Below are positions 1-11,936 of a stretch of 42,539 bases of DNA, piece after piece (position 1 is the stretch's first letter; each line of letters opens with the position of its first letter). A program made the position numbers and the translations under genes. Source of the DNA: Phoronis australis (Eukaryota; Animalia; Phoronida); NCBI GenBank assembly GCA_002633005.1, contig NMRA01000108.1:1-42539 (forward strand), written 5' to 3'. A model generated the notes under the pieces. The model saw only the letters and a program-made list of their open reading frames with translations. It did not search any database and was not told the origin of the DNA.

Positions 1-76
1 TAGAGCTGTGACCCTGAAATCCCCAATACAACTTAAAATATTTATTATTCTTGTTGTTTTATTTGTCCCCAATAAA
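1..76 (+). repeat. 3' end of a second copy of the 7228-12025 element, cut by the window edge
   Basis: 1-76 matches about 11956-12030 (TAGAGCTGTGACCCTGAAAT...TTTGTCCCCAATAAA) with about one mismatch; the sequences diverge immediately after AATAAA. Confidence 0.9.
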
Positions 77-2449
77 TGCACATACGATTTACTTGTCAAT
101 CAAGTCGGAATAGTCTAAAAATCACAGTTATGAAGCATGAGTATTTCTGCCGTCGGGTAGAGATTTGATTGAATTTGACGTTTCTGTCGTTGGTTCACGT
201 TCTATTTAGTTTATGCGTCTCCAAGGAGCGACAGCAACGAGCAAAAAAATCGGGTCTATTTTTGGATAAATTTTGGTTGGTAAAGAGTGATCTGACCAAG
301 ATCTGAGATTACTTTCACTATGGAGGAACATTGCGCGAGTGTTTTGGGTTACGAAGTTACATCTAATGGGCTTTGACTGGTTTATTAGCTTAGTCCGAAA
401 GGATGACATCTACAACCTGACAATCTATAACCTATATGGAATCCTATGTAGCTTCTTTCCAAGATAAATGACGACACTACCGTTGTCTCGTTATGTCTCA
501 TAATTGTGGCTCATCGAATCCATGAATATTTATATTATCCATGCACGAATAATGCTCGACATCGCAAACACGGTTTTGTAGAACATTTACTTATGCTTTG
601 AGACCACGTATTTGGTTGTCCTTTTTATTTAGTTTTGACTCGTTAAGAGCTTTAATTTTCATCGGGAGCAGTTTCTACCAACTGCTCATGCAGGTATATA
701 ATGACTTCAGGCGGTGACTGTGCTTGCATTCTGATACTTCAATTTTTCTGGTTCAACCTCGCGAGGAGCAGTGTAATTAATTTTGAAGTCCAATGATTTT
801 GGTCACCTTTGCAGTTCCATTAAACGCAGTGCTTTCTGTACTGCTGTTTCTTTTTGGAGGTTCCCTGACTCCATGGTTTGAGTTTAAGATTCACTGCATG
901 AGAAAGTTAGGCAGATGCAGGAACATTACATGCCACGGAATTTTTTAAATATAGCTTAGTTTTATTCTTAGGTGGAATGGTTAACACCTGTAATAGTTTT
1001 ATTTAACCTATCTAACATCTTCACCGAAAACTGCCCACTCGGAATTTTTAGCTAGTTTACGGCTTCGGAAACCCTTAACTTTTAGCACTTTTGTTGCATC
1101 ACTGATCAACAACGACAAATTAACAAAAACTAAGTATGACATACTGAATAAACATAACTTGTGTCTACGTGAAAATGTATGAATCATAATTGAAACTTGT
1201 TTGCAAGTTAGCTATTTTTTGTTACTTTTTCAACCCACCTGAGTCAAGCTGTGTAACTGGTGGAAATGCCCTTCATTCGATCGGCATTTCTTTTACGGCG
1301 CAAAATCACTTAGAAAAGTGATATACTACATGTGAAAACTGGGCTTTAGTGGATTTCATATATATTGAAACATTTGTGGACAGCGATCTGTGTGTCCTGC
1401 ATGCTTTGATTGAAACCACCCACTTCCCTGATATCGGTCGTCCTGTTCGCCATTACCGTCACACTCCCGTTAACAAACCAACTAAGTCCTAAAGATTTTT
1501 GAGTAACAAACACGATGGTCATTAAGATTTGCCAAAGCTCGTAATCTGATTTACATTACAATTCTTACGGCTGCTGTTTAGAAGTCTTCAATGAAAGCTG
1601 AAATTACGACCTCAAAACGATGAAAATTGCCGGTTCTGTAATGTCTGCTTGACGTCTAGTAACGTTAAGAGTCATGAGAACGTCGGGCAATTTGCAATAT
1701 TATGGGAACATGACATGTCACGAATTTTAAATTGGATATAGTGTATATAGTCGTATCACTTGGGGCTGAATTAGCTACAAAAAAATAAAAATTAGTTTTG
1801 TCGTTCGTCACTTTGTAAATATATAACGAATAAATAAATCGGATGGAAAAATGGCCACAACCCCTTGTGCATGACTGTTGAAAATGCCCTTTGTTTCAAT
1901 GGAAATTAAAACACTTTGCAGGCGTTTAAAAATTAAAAGAATGATTGAGTCATGCCCAACTATCCTTTTTGTACTTGAGAATGCCAAAAATAAATCAGAA
2001 TGACATATTTTGATATTTTTAAGGAACTCTTGAATGCGTTGCCTAAACGGGCCAAAACAGCTACCAATTTAGACCTGTATAGAGGCCTATATGTATGTAA
2101 TTCAAGTGTGCAGAATGTACACCACCCACACATGGGTTCTGTGATAGCTATAATTCTCGTCTCTGACAACATACCTTTATTTCTGTGGACAGCACCTTTA
2201 TTAATTCTCGAATTTACACTTGAGCGAAGGCGCTTTCACCGCTTTCTCCTGTTTCATATTGCCACCAACAGAGGGCGGCAAAGCAGAAAATAAAATTATA
2301 ACCAAATTGGACGTAAATCGTAATAAAAAATAATACTAAATTTTATTCAAGATAACCAGAATTGGTTCGAGCCTACTTTTAGCGAAATATTGACATTTAG
2401 CTAAGAAACGGAATGAGGTCCACGAAAATAGGTCACGCTCTGAATCAAA

Positions 2450-4042
2450 ATGGCAACAGCCAGTGACCTGCCGTGTTACCTACAACAAAGATGTTGTCAA
2501 ATACCTGGAAAGTGTCAACGCACTAGATCACTTGGAAGAATGGGAGTTGATTGGCAATCTGGCACGAATGGGAGTGTGAGAGACAAAGGAACTGGCCAGC
2601 CTGTTAGAACAAAAGATCATATGTCCAAAGCACCGTATGTGGCAGTATCCAGGTTGTAAGCCAAGGTGTACGGTTGCAGTCTCAGAAATGTTCACCACTC
2701 AATTCCAGGACTACTTCAACTTAATAACTTCTCATCTGAAGGTGAGCTACGTAACAATTCAAAGTATGGACGGTATACAATTACAGTCAAGTGACCTAAT
2801 TATTGGTTTTAGCACACCTTAAATTATATTTAATTGAAAATACTACGGATTGTGAAATTATTTGCTGAAATAAAGACTTACCTTAATGGAATTGTTGTGT
2901 TACTGTATCTTGTCACCGAAAGCCACATTCATGTTCTGGCTGGTCTTTAAAAAACACAAATAGCAAACCTTCGGAGAACCTAAATATCGGACACCATGTT
3001 TCCCCGTACGCCACACCGCGGGAAACTGACTAACCAAGTAATGTCCGCGAGCACCTTATAGCCAAATTTCAGCTCGATTGTTTTTACTTATATTCTGCTA
3101 AAACACAGCTCAATTCGCAACAAAATTATCCATAACATGAAATCTGATGACAGCACCAAGTTGTCTCGATGAATCAGCGCAGACGACTAAACCACGTGCA
3201 AACTCAGTGAAGTTTTTAGTATCTCTTTGCCCTCTTGATGTGTTACACGCACGTGCGCGGCCGGGGTTTGACTTGAGTTTAAAAACAAATGAAAAAGGAA
3301 ACAGTGACATATTGTCAGTCAAATGACGTGATTTCATTGTGGAGAAAGCTTTTGTTTTCAATTCTTATAACCGATTTATGCGATCGTCCATTTTAGGCCG
3401 ATTGGTGTTCTTAATTTCAATCTCTCCCGATGAAATCAAAACGAGGCAACGTAAAAAAACGAGACAGTGCATTACAGTGGAACAAAAATTGGTGTCATTC
3501 ATTTCCCAGATTATGCTTCAAGTAAGATTTTATGTGATGTCCGATATTTGGGTTCGTTCGATAATTAGGTACACTATGGTTAGTCATGCCTTCTGAGAAC
3601 CAGTTTCAGATATGTATGTGGTCTAAAACAAAAGTTAGATATGTGATGGAATGGAATATTTTTTCATAGCTTGATTTTTAAAAGGACTTGTGTTCTAATT
3701 CTTACGACCAACTTACCTATTTCAACAGGAAAAGTGGTTGCTTGGAAAGCATATGGGATCGGATATGGGATGATTTTGGAGAATCCTGCTTCTGATTGCA
3801 AACCAGTGGAACTAGTGGTTGAGGAAGGTCATGCTGCATCCTCATTGGGACCTTTCACTAGTTTCAGCACTCGAAGGGCGAAGCTATTCCTGTGTCCAAA
3901 AGATGCTGTAACAACACTTTTGCCTCTCGAAATGAACTCAAGCAACAAGTTAACATGGAATAGCATGATCAACAGCCAACAGCATGTGAAGACCATCGCT
4001 ATGATGTGGGGAGAAAGTGGGCTGCCAAAGTCACTGGTATAG
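2450..4042 (+). pseudogene. Decayed, spliced transposase-like gene remnant of the inner TTAA element
   Basis: Frameshifted segments KDVVKYLESVN...EEWELIGNLAR...ICPKHR and IPGLLQLNNFSSE-G-KVVAWKAYGIGYG, joined across a GT-AG intron (2742-3728), then a C2H2-like LFLCPKD segment. From recall, these motifs resemble a widespread invertebrate transposon-associated protein family. Confidence 0.55.
2784..3578. mobile_element. Tc1/mariner-pogo-like MITE inside the transposase-remnant intron
   Basis: Absent from the outer copy (about 15200-15260). Starts TA-CAGT. ACCTAATTAT (about 2794) and GAACCTAAATATCGGACA (about 2977) are inverted relative to TGTCCGATATTTGGGTTC...ATAATTAGGT (about 3538-3570). Confidence 0.55.
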
Positions 4043-4747
4043 AAGATGAAGTTCATGATCTAACAGCATGCTCGTTGAACTCAATTTGGCATCACAAATA
4101 TATAAGTTTGACATAAAACCTTTCTGTGCATTTTAGTCACTGACTGTTCCTAGTTGACCTCATAGTCAACATGGAAATGCGCTGTGTGATGTTCTATATT
4201 ACAACCAAACAAAAAATTAAGCTGTAGAACATGCTACTCAACGTCCTATGCAACCATGCCTTGGACATTCCCACAAATTTAGGCTGGATTTTTCTGACGT
4301 GGAGTAATGTATAAATCAGACCACTCAAACAGCACAACCCTCTCACTTATGACCACAGCACTTAGATTTGTAAGCTCATTTTGTGAATTCATAAAACATG
4401 GTTACCCATCCAAAAAGCATGGCTCCTGGTGTTGCATCCAGCTTTGTTACCTTTAAACACTACTCACACACTCTTCCCCGAGTCATGCACATCATTCTTA
4501 GTCACTTGAGTTTTTAAACTGATTTTGGTTGCAAAAGCTGTGTTTGATTTGTATGAACAGGGATCGGCTTACAATTGAGAGTGTGAGTGGCATTCACGAG
4601 CGTTTGACAATTGTTGTTCCTGTAGCCTTCCAATGGACTAAGTAACATATACCTAAGTATGTAATCTGTACAGAAATGGTGCCATTGAGATGACCACGAT
4701 TGACACTGATTGTTGATTGGACGATCTCATATGGTGCCCCTTAATGG

Positions 4748-4894
4748 CATTGCTGTAGTGGTAAAATTAAACGTAAGTAGGCGCCCAAAGCCCACCGTAT
4801 CACTTTGGGCACTGAACTTATTTTAGGCATCACCTTCAAATGCCAAAAGGTGGTTGATTGCGCCTACCTATGCCTACGCCCCACTACAGCACTG
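4748..4894. mobile_element. hAT-type MITE (147 bp)
   Basis: TIRs CA(T/G)TGCTGTAGTGG / CCACTACAGCACTG; perfect 8-bp TSD CTTAATGG (4740-4747, 4895-4902); absent at the homologous site in the outer copy (about 13165-13190). Confidence 0.85.
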
Positions 4895-7800
4895 CTTAAT
4901 GGCCATTCAGGTTTTCTTTATGTATGCCTCTATATCTACCAAGTTTCTCGATGTATTTTCGTGCAAGTTATTTCTGTTGAGCAAACGAGAACAAACTGCT
5001 AATTTCTGCTGGATTTAAAGTATTCTGTGCCACTATATATTATCATTTCTGGCAGCAGCCTGTCTGTTCTTGAAATTGTTTGGAGGACAGTTATGAAATT
5101 TTGCTCATGTGTTCTTATTGAGATGATCACGAATAAAAGGATTTCTGATGGGTGCAATCACCGAGGCGCCGGAGTGGCAATTTTTTTGTTCATTTGCCCC
5201 CCAATATTTACAAAGTTCTGTTGATGAATCTGGTTGAAATTTGATGTATGTGTTATATTATTGAGGAGAGTATGTCCGGCAAAAATTCTAGGACATGTCT
5301 GAGTGCTGTGGCGTCCTCTAGTGGTTCTGTATCAACCAAGTATCTTGATCTATGGAATTTGGCAAGAATATGACAGCGGCTGTCTTCTTTCAGATAAATC
5401 TCCTATGTATGCTGCACCACCTATTGTCTTTTATTTGAATATTACGTATTATTAACATCTATGGAAGCATACTGTCAGAGGTAGAGTCTCGGGTGCTTTG
5501 CGTTTCTTCTGTTCTTGTATGATGTTGACAAAAAATTGCAGTGTGATGTAGCCTATGGTTTCATTTTTACTTCTTTTGATCAAAGATCTCGATATCCAAG
5601 ACTTAACGTTGACAACCAGCTTTAACAACCTCATTGTACAATACACATATGCACTATAATTAATTTACAGGTGGGAAACTAAAGTTTCCTACCCATAGCT
5701 CGATAACAACCACTACCAAATGCTGCGTTGTATAAATTTTCCAGCATAATAATTACTGCACTGATGTGTTTTTGTATGAATTGTATGTCACAGTTTCCAT
5801 GAGTATTAGATAATAAAACATTTAACTTTACCGATACCTTACATAAAATAATTGTCGTAGTCTGTCTGTTTTACACATTCACAGCACCACTGCAATTGCG
5901 TCTTTTGAAATTTTGGATCTGCTACTGCTTTACATGTACATCTGATGCGAAGATTAGCCAATGCCAATCCTAGGCCTGAGTAGTATTTTTATGTACATCT
6001 CGAATTCATATTGTGTTAGTGATGTTCTATAATCACCGTTGGAATTTCCTGGTTCGTTCGCACCTGAACCTACAAGGCTTCATCGAATCTACGTTTCAGT
6101 CCTTTACTTTGCAATCGTCATCACTAAAATGGAAGTCCCGGTGATGATTGTAAATACAACTGGTTGAAACGTTGCTTCAAAAACTGTTGAGTGGAGGTTG
6201 GCGAAAACACTCCTACAGAAATAGCAATAGCCATTATACGTTTTCCCTGCATTGAATAGTCAAAAATGTAGGTTTTCGCAAAGTTACACTCTTGGGCCCA
6301 CCCTAAAATATTGACTTAGCAGTGTGTTTTATTTGAGTACAACTTCTTCAACAGAATGTTCATTTTTACGACTCGGTAAACCGGTGCGCCATCTGATGAG
6401 CAACAGAAAAAATACTACCGGAAGATTTTCTCCTTTACAGGATCAGTGCTCCCGTGGATCTCCGGTACTTAAAAGGTATAGTTAGCAATAACCATTCAAT
6501 CAAGTATGATTTCTGGATTGCCTCGTGTAAAAAATACCTTCCTATTTTTTGGAACCACTTTACGTTACTAGACGTCAAGCAGACATTACATGACCTACAA
6601 TTGCCATCGCTTTGATGCCGTAATTTCAGCTTTAATTGTAGAGTTCTGAGCACCAGCCGAAACAATTTTTATGTAATTCAGATTTCGAGCTCGGAAAATG
6701 TTAATGATCTTGTTGACATCGTTTTTTCTTACTCATAAATCTTTAGAACTTTGTTGGTTTGTTGATGGGAGTTTGACAGTAATGGTGAACAGGACGGCCG
6801 ATATCAGCAAAGTGGGTGGTTTTAATCGAAGCATGCAGGACACACAGGTCGCAGTACACAATTTTTTAATATATATGTACTCTACAAAGGCTCAACCTTC
6901 ACATGCAGTATGTCACTTTTAGTAATGTTGCGATGTAAAAGAAATAACAATCAAATGAAGGGCACTTCCACCAGTTACACAGCTTGACGCAGATGGGTTG
7001 AAAAGGTAACACAAATAGCTTGCGAATATCTTTCAATTATGACTTTTACATTTTCACGTTGACACAAGTTGTGTTTATTCAGTATGTCATTCTTAGTTTC
7101 TGTTAATTTGTCGTAATTGCACAGTGTTGCAACAGAAATGATAAAATTTGATGGTTTCCGAAGCCATGAACTGGCCAAAAATTTCGAGGGTGCCGTTTTC
7201 TGTGTAGAAATTAGATATTTTAAATAATGAGATTTATGGCACTCTGACATAAATCCTATTATTTGGGCAAATACCATTATAGAGCCCTTCATGCTTTATA
7301 TCCAACTCCTGGTTAGTTCCTACCAAGTCCGATGGTTGCGCTGTTTGTTCTGTCTCTCCAGCTTCCTGTTGGCCCAGCCTCAAGCAACAGTACATTCACT
7401 CGTAAGTTTTCCTAATTAGACAAGTTTATAACTAGTAGACTCCTTCCCGTTCGTCGTTAATTGTCCTGGACAAACGATACTTCCCTTATTTATTATTTGT
7501 AGCCATAGATGGCTTTTCTAACGGCCGATTTCTTTCGATTTTAATGATCCCTCAAACCCAAACCAATTCCTCGCCATTTCAACACTTCCCTGGGTATAAG
7601 TGAGATATCGTGTGACAATCGCCGTCTGCTTTGGGGATGAGACCCGGCGGCGAGGTATAAAGGTTATCAACGGGGCTGGTAGGACAGGGGCTAGTCAACG
7701 CGTAGCCCCTCGGTTGGCCGGTTGGGGGCTAGAATACTTCCCATCGCTTTCTGTACCATTTCGTCTGGCCAAATCCGGCCACTGATTTTGAGTTTAACCT

Positions 7801-8412
7801 CGTCAAAAATACATTCCACACTTAAAACTATCACTTAAAAAAGCGCTTCATTTCTTCATGGATCCATTTATTGTACTTCTATACCTATCTTCGATGAAGC
7901 TTAGTTATGAGATTGGGGTGATTTCGCCGAAGAATTTCAACTCCACTTTTTTGGTTCCCGTTGACTTTTTCACCGCGCGCGCCATAACCGAAAGTATGTC
8001 CACTGAGTCACGCGCGTTAGGCAAAGGCTAGCACGAGACAGAGCGATGCGCGTGGCGATAGTGCGTGACATTAGCTATTTAAGCCTTGAACAAGGAGTGA
8101 AGCACAGTTGGGGTCTGGAAACCCATGTAGAACGAGCTTGAATGCCAGCGGTTTGACAAGTGTGTGACCTTGGCTCCAGACGTACTTATGGTTTGGGTAC
8201 ATGGTGGATACTGGAATTACATAACACTAGACTTGGTACTATTCCAACAGGACTGGAGGTATTATTGATGTAAACAGATGGGATTTACAATGGTTAAGAC
8301 CTAGATGGGAATCTATCCCATATGGCCCTGAAGCCTGGTGCGGTAAACCTCGAAAGTGCCGCGTCTAACACATGGAAGTGTCCTCATATAGCGCGCAACC
8401 ACTTTGGTGGGT

Positions 8413-8950
8413 AAAATAATAGTAATAAAATTTAGGTACTAAGTAAAACAAAACAATAATAAAAAATAATAAAAAAAAACAAAAAATTGTAATAATAAAA
8501 AATAATGACGAAAAATAATAATAAAAAAGTAAAAAATAATTATAATAATAATAAATAATAATAATAATAAAGTAATAATAAATAATAATAATAAAAAAAA
8601 ACTTTGTATGTCACTGTTGACATTTTATTCGACTTTCCTTGAAAGATACGGAGATACTGTACTCACCCTTGGATATGTTGTTTGTTAGGCCTTTTCAAGT
8701 ACTTCGTCACCGGCCCTAACCCTACCATGTTTATCTACCTTTTGATCGGCATACTTCCTTCCGAACAACACTTAAAAAATATGTATACTTTACCTACCCA
8801 CGAAAAAAAATTAATAAAAAAAAAATTAAAAAACCAACATATAATACAACTAATACACAAACTAAAATGTACACTAAAACATTGCTACAAATTAAATAAA
8901 TAATAATTGAAAAATAAACTAATAAAATAAAAATAATAACAACAAAATGT
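8413..8950 (+). repeat. Two A-rich, G-poor low-complexity tracts (8413-8601, about 8803-8950), partly (AAT)n
   Basis: Direct inspection. Confidence 0.85.
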
Positions 8951-10358
8951 GTTAAACATTTTAAAACACTCGTGTCAATTGCTATCACATAATACATCAC
9001 ATTTCGTTCTCTCGGCATAATTTAAACCTATTTCAACCGCGCTTAAGTTACGGTCATGCGTCAACTTTTCTTTCGTCTAGCATCGTGGCCGGGTATTTCC
9101 CACCAGGACGATTTTCGAATAGTTGGTTACTGTAGTGGCAGATAGGCGGACGTTATGATCGATGAGATCACGTCTCACATGCCTGCTAAGTTGTCCACTG
9201 CCCAGGCGCGTATAGCTTAGTCATTCGAAATCTGCGCTCGAGTGCCTCCAGAGCCAGGGCATGACCGGCTTAAGCTGTTTCCTTTAATTTTACGATTTTC
9301 GTATATACTAGTTCATTTCGGTGTAATTAGGTCTAAGCCAGTCACTCTAACAGTTGTCCTTATCCGCTGAAATAGGGTCGTTTTCATCTGCAACCCAGGA
9401 TCCACTACACCCGGGCTATTAGTAGATCTAAACAGTATCCATGTCACTGCGCCAAGTTTTTGAAAATGCGTCACTCACACTAGTGGGTTACATCTGCCCG
9501 TTTAGGCGTATAAATCATATCAGATTACCAGTAACGTCTGACATATTTTAACACAAGATTTTTAACTTACTATTTCAAAATCTTGTAACCTTTCATATTG
9601 TTAACCTATATTGCACGCAAATGTGCCTAACCTACTTCCTAAAATTTTGTCACCAAAGCACACTGGGATCACACTAGCCCAAATTCAGTTGCAGCGCTCA
9701 TTGACCCAGATTTCATGGTAATGGGCCAGCCTGTGGTTTCACTCTTATGTAATTACATAATAACTTGTTGCATAGTGCTGATCACCTCGTGCCAGCAATG
9801 GAACTTTCTAGACTAAATTTTCACCAGAACCCTAGGCTTAATTGCATTTACTAACTAGTTGTGACCATCTTTTCCTGACATCGACAGCACAAATGTCATT
9901 TGTCCTTTTGCTTAGCTCTAGGATATTCATTGAACACATTGGTAGGGTGCTAGGCCTTTACTGCCAATCATATTTTATAGACCAAGTTGCTTCCTGAGTT
10001 GTGTACTTGATGTTGTCTATTTTATACGACTGGGGGTATCATTATTCCCGAGAGCCTGTTGCTCTCTCCTCTCTAGTATAGTTGTGTTCTTTAGGATTTT
10101 TATAGATATTTTATTTTTCTTAGACATATAGTAGACATGCAAGTTTCCGTATGAAGGTCTGTCTGTGACAGATAGCTTGATACATGGTTTTAATTAATGA
10201 TTTTTATCAATAGGTCAGTTTTCATCTTTAGAGCATCAGCAAATAAATAGGACTGTTTGAATAATGATTTTATATCTGTTCATAATCTTTATATGAAATG
10301 ACATCTACCATGCTGATGGTCCTTTACCTTTCCTGCACCATTACTTCTTTTCTAACTT

Positions 10359-10712
10359 ATATAAAAAATAAAGAAATAAAAACAAATCAAACCATTTAAA
10401 AAAAAACTAAATAACAAATATAAAAACTAAATAAAAATATATATTTAAAAAAGTAAAATAATATTAAAAATAAATAAACTATTTTAAAATTTACACAAAA
10501 TATTAAAAAACACAAATGAAAATATAAAAAAATAAAAACAAATCAAACTAATTAGAAAAATAACAAATATAAAAACCAAATAAAAATATATATTTAAAAA
10601 AGTAAAATAATATTAAAAAAATAAATAAAAAAATATTTAAAATTTACATAAAATATAAAAAAACACAAATGAAAATATAAAAAAACTAAATAAAAATGTT
10701 TTATAAAAAGAA
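10359..10712 (+). repeat. A-rich tract containing an approximately 155-160 bp tandem duplication
   Basis: AAATAAAAACAAATCAAAC...CACAAATGAAAATATAAAAAAA occurs twice (about 10373-10530 and 10530-10685). Confidence 0.85.
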
Positions 10713-11394
10713 ATCTACAATCTTTCTGTTCTCAGTACAATTTTGCAGCGAGTTTCCCTAACAGCACATGCTTCCGTGTGAGGTCACTCCCCAGCCATTG
10801 TCACAACGCTTACCTCTTCTTGTACGCAAGTTAATTGTTCCACCGCAATACCAACACCTTCGCACATAGGAACCTGAACGTCAGTTCTCTTCGGCTGCTC
10901 TACCCTAGCTCATACATGTACATGATGCATTAGATTCGTAATAATTGGGGGGGCACTAAACTTGGGGTACTAAAGTGTGCCCTAAACCGGCTGAATTTCG
11001 CTAGGATTTGCCGCGATATGAGTGAGGGTTAGTTGACCTTTGGGGGCGGCTTAAACCCGGGGAAAGCCCGGCAGGGAGTGTAGGGCGGTCCTGTGCCATG
11101 CGATGCTCGGGTGGGAACCACAGCAGGTCCTCCAGGTAGGTTTGTGCTTGCACCGTTATGTGGTGCAATTTCCCTTGTAGTTAAGGCATAGCAGTGTCTG
11201 CTAGGTGAGTGTGGTATGGGGTCAGAAGAGGTGCCTGTAATGTGCAGCAATCACAACTTTCTCTCGGCGACCAGGGTGTGGCTGGGGTTCGACCTTGGCG
11301 GGAGCGGTACTGTTCACCGTGAGGTATCCAATCTGCCCTCGTGTGCCAGGCCCCAAGTCTAACATCGTGCCTGAATCCCGGAGGGCGGGGGGGG

Positions 11395-11595
11395 NNNNNN
11401 NNNNNNNNNNNNNNNNNNNNNNNNNNNNNNNNNNNNNNNNNNNNNNNNNNNNNNNNNNNNNNNNNNNNNNNNNNNNNNNNNNNNNNNNNNNNNNNNNNNN
11501 NNNNNNNNNNNNNNNNNNNNNNNNNNNNNNNNNNNNNNNNNNNNNNNNNNNNNNNNNNNNNNNNNNNNNNNNNNNNNNNNNNNNNNNNNNNNNNN
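11395..11595. other. Assembly gap (N run)
   Basis: About 200 consecutive N, following a G run. Confidence 1.
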
Positions 11596-11669
11596 CTTAC
11601 AATATCTCTTTTTATCACTCCGGCTGGTCTGCTCACTCAGCTTGTCCGGAACCTGCTTTGCAGGTTGTT

Positions 11670-11936
11670 ATAGCCCAGTTGGCTGTTTGGTGTACCCACT
11701 TGGTACTTTATATGATATTTGCCCATTTGGCAGTTTGTACCCACTTGGTACTTGTTATTGAATTTGCCGCTTTGCTCGACCCAGTTGGTAGGCAATCGGC
11801 CAATACCCATTTGGTATTATGTACCCATTTGGTACTATGCTAACCTGTGCCACTTAGTATCCGATACTCAGTTACACTTTGGGTATCGGAAATGTGTGTG
11901 TTATCTCTTGTAATTAAGGAACCCATCTGGTTCCTT
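11670..11936 (+). repeat. Array of eight stem-loops, consensus stem-CC[CA-N-Y-T]GG-stem
   Basis: Hairpins at 11670-11686, 11692-11706, 11719-11733, 11737-11751, 11779-11789, 11802-11818, 11821-11835 and 11916-11936. Confidence 0.85.

Noticed and set aside
6393-6411. CTGATGAG...GAAA resembling a hammerhead ribozyme core
   Set aside because: No stem II can form between the motifs, and the sister copy (about 12296-12312) does not conserve CTGATGA.
11690-11840. Repeated GTACCCA.TTGGTAC units as a CRISPR-like array
   Set aside because: Repeats are only 11-21 nt with variable stems and irregular spacing, in a eukaryotic context with no cas genes.
11181-11843. ORFs spanning the N gap
   Set aside because: Artefacts of reading through ambiguous bases.
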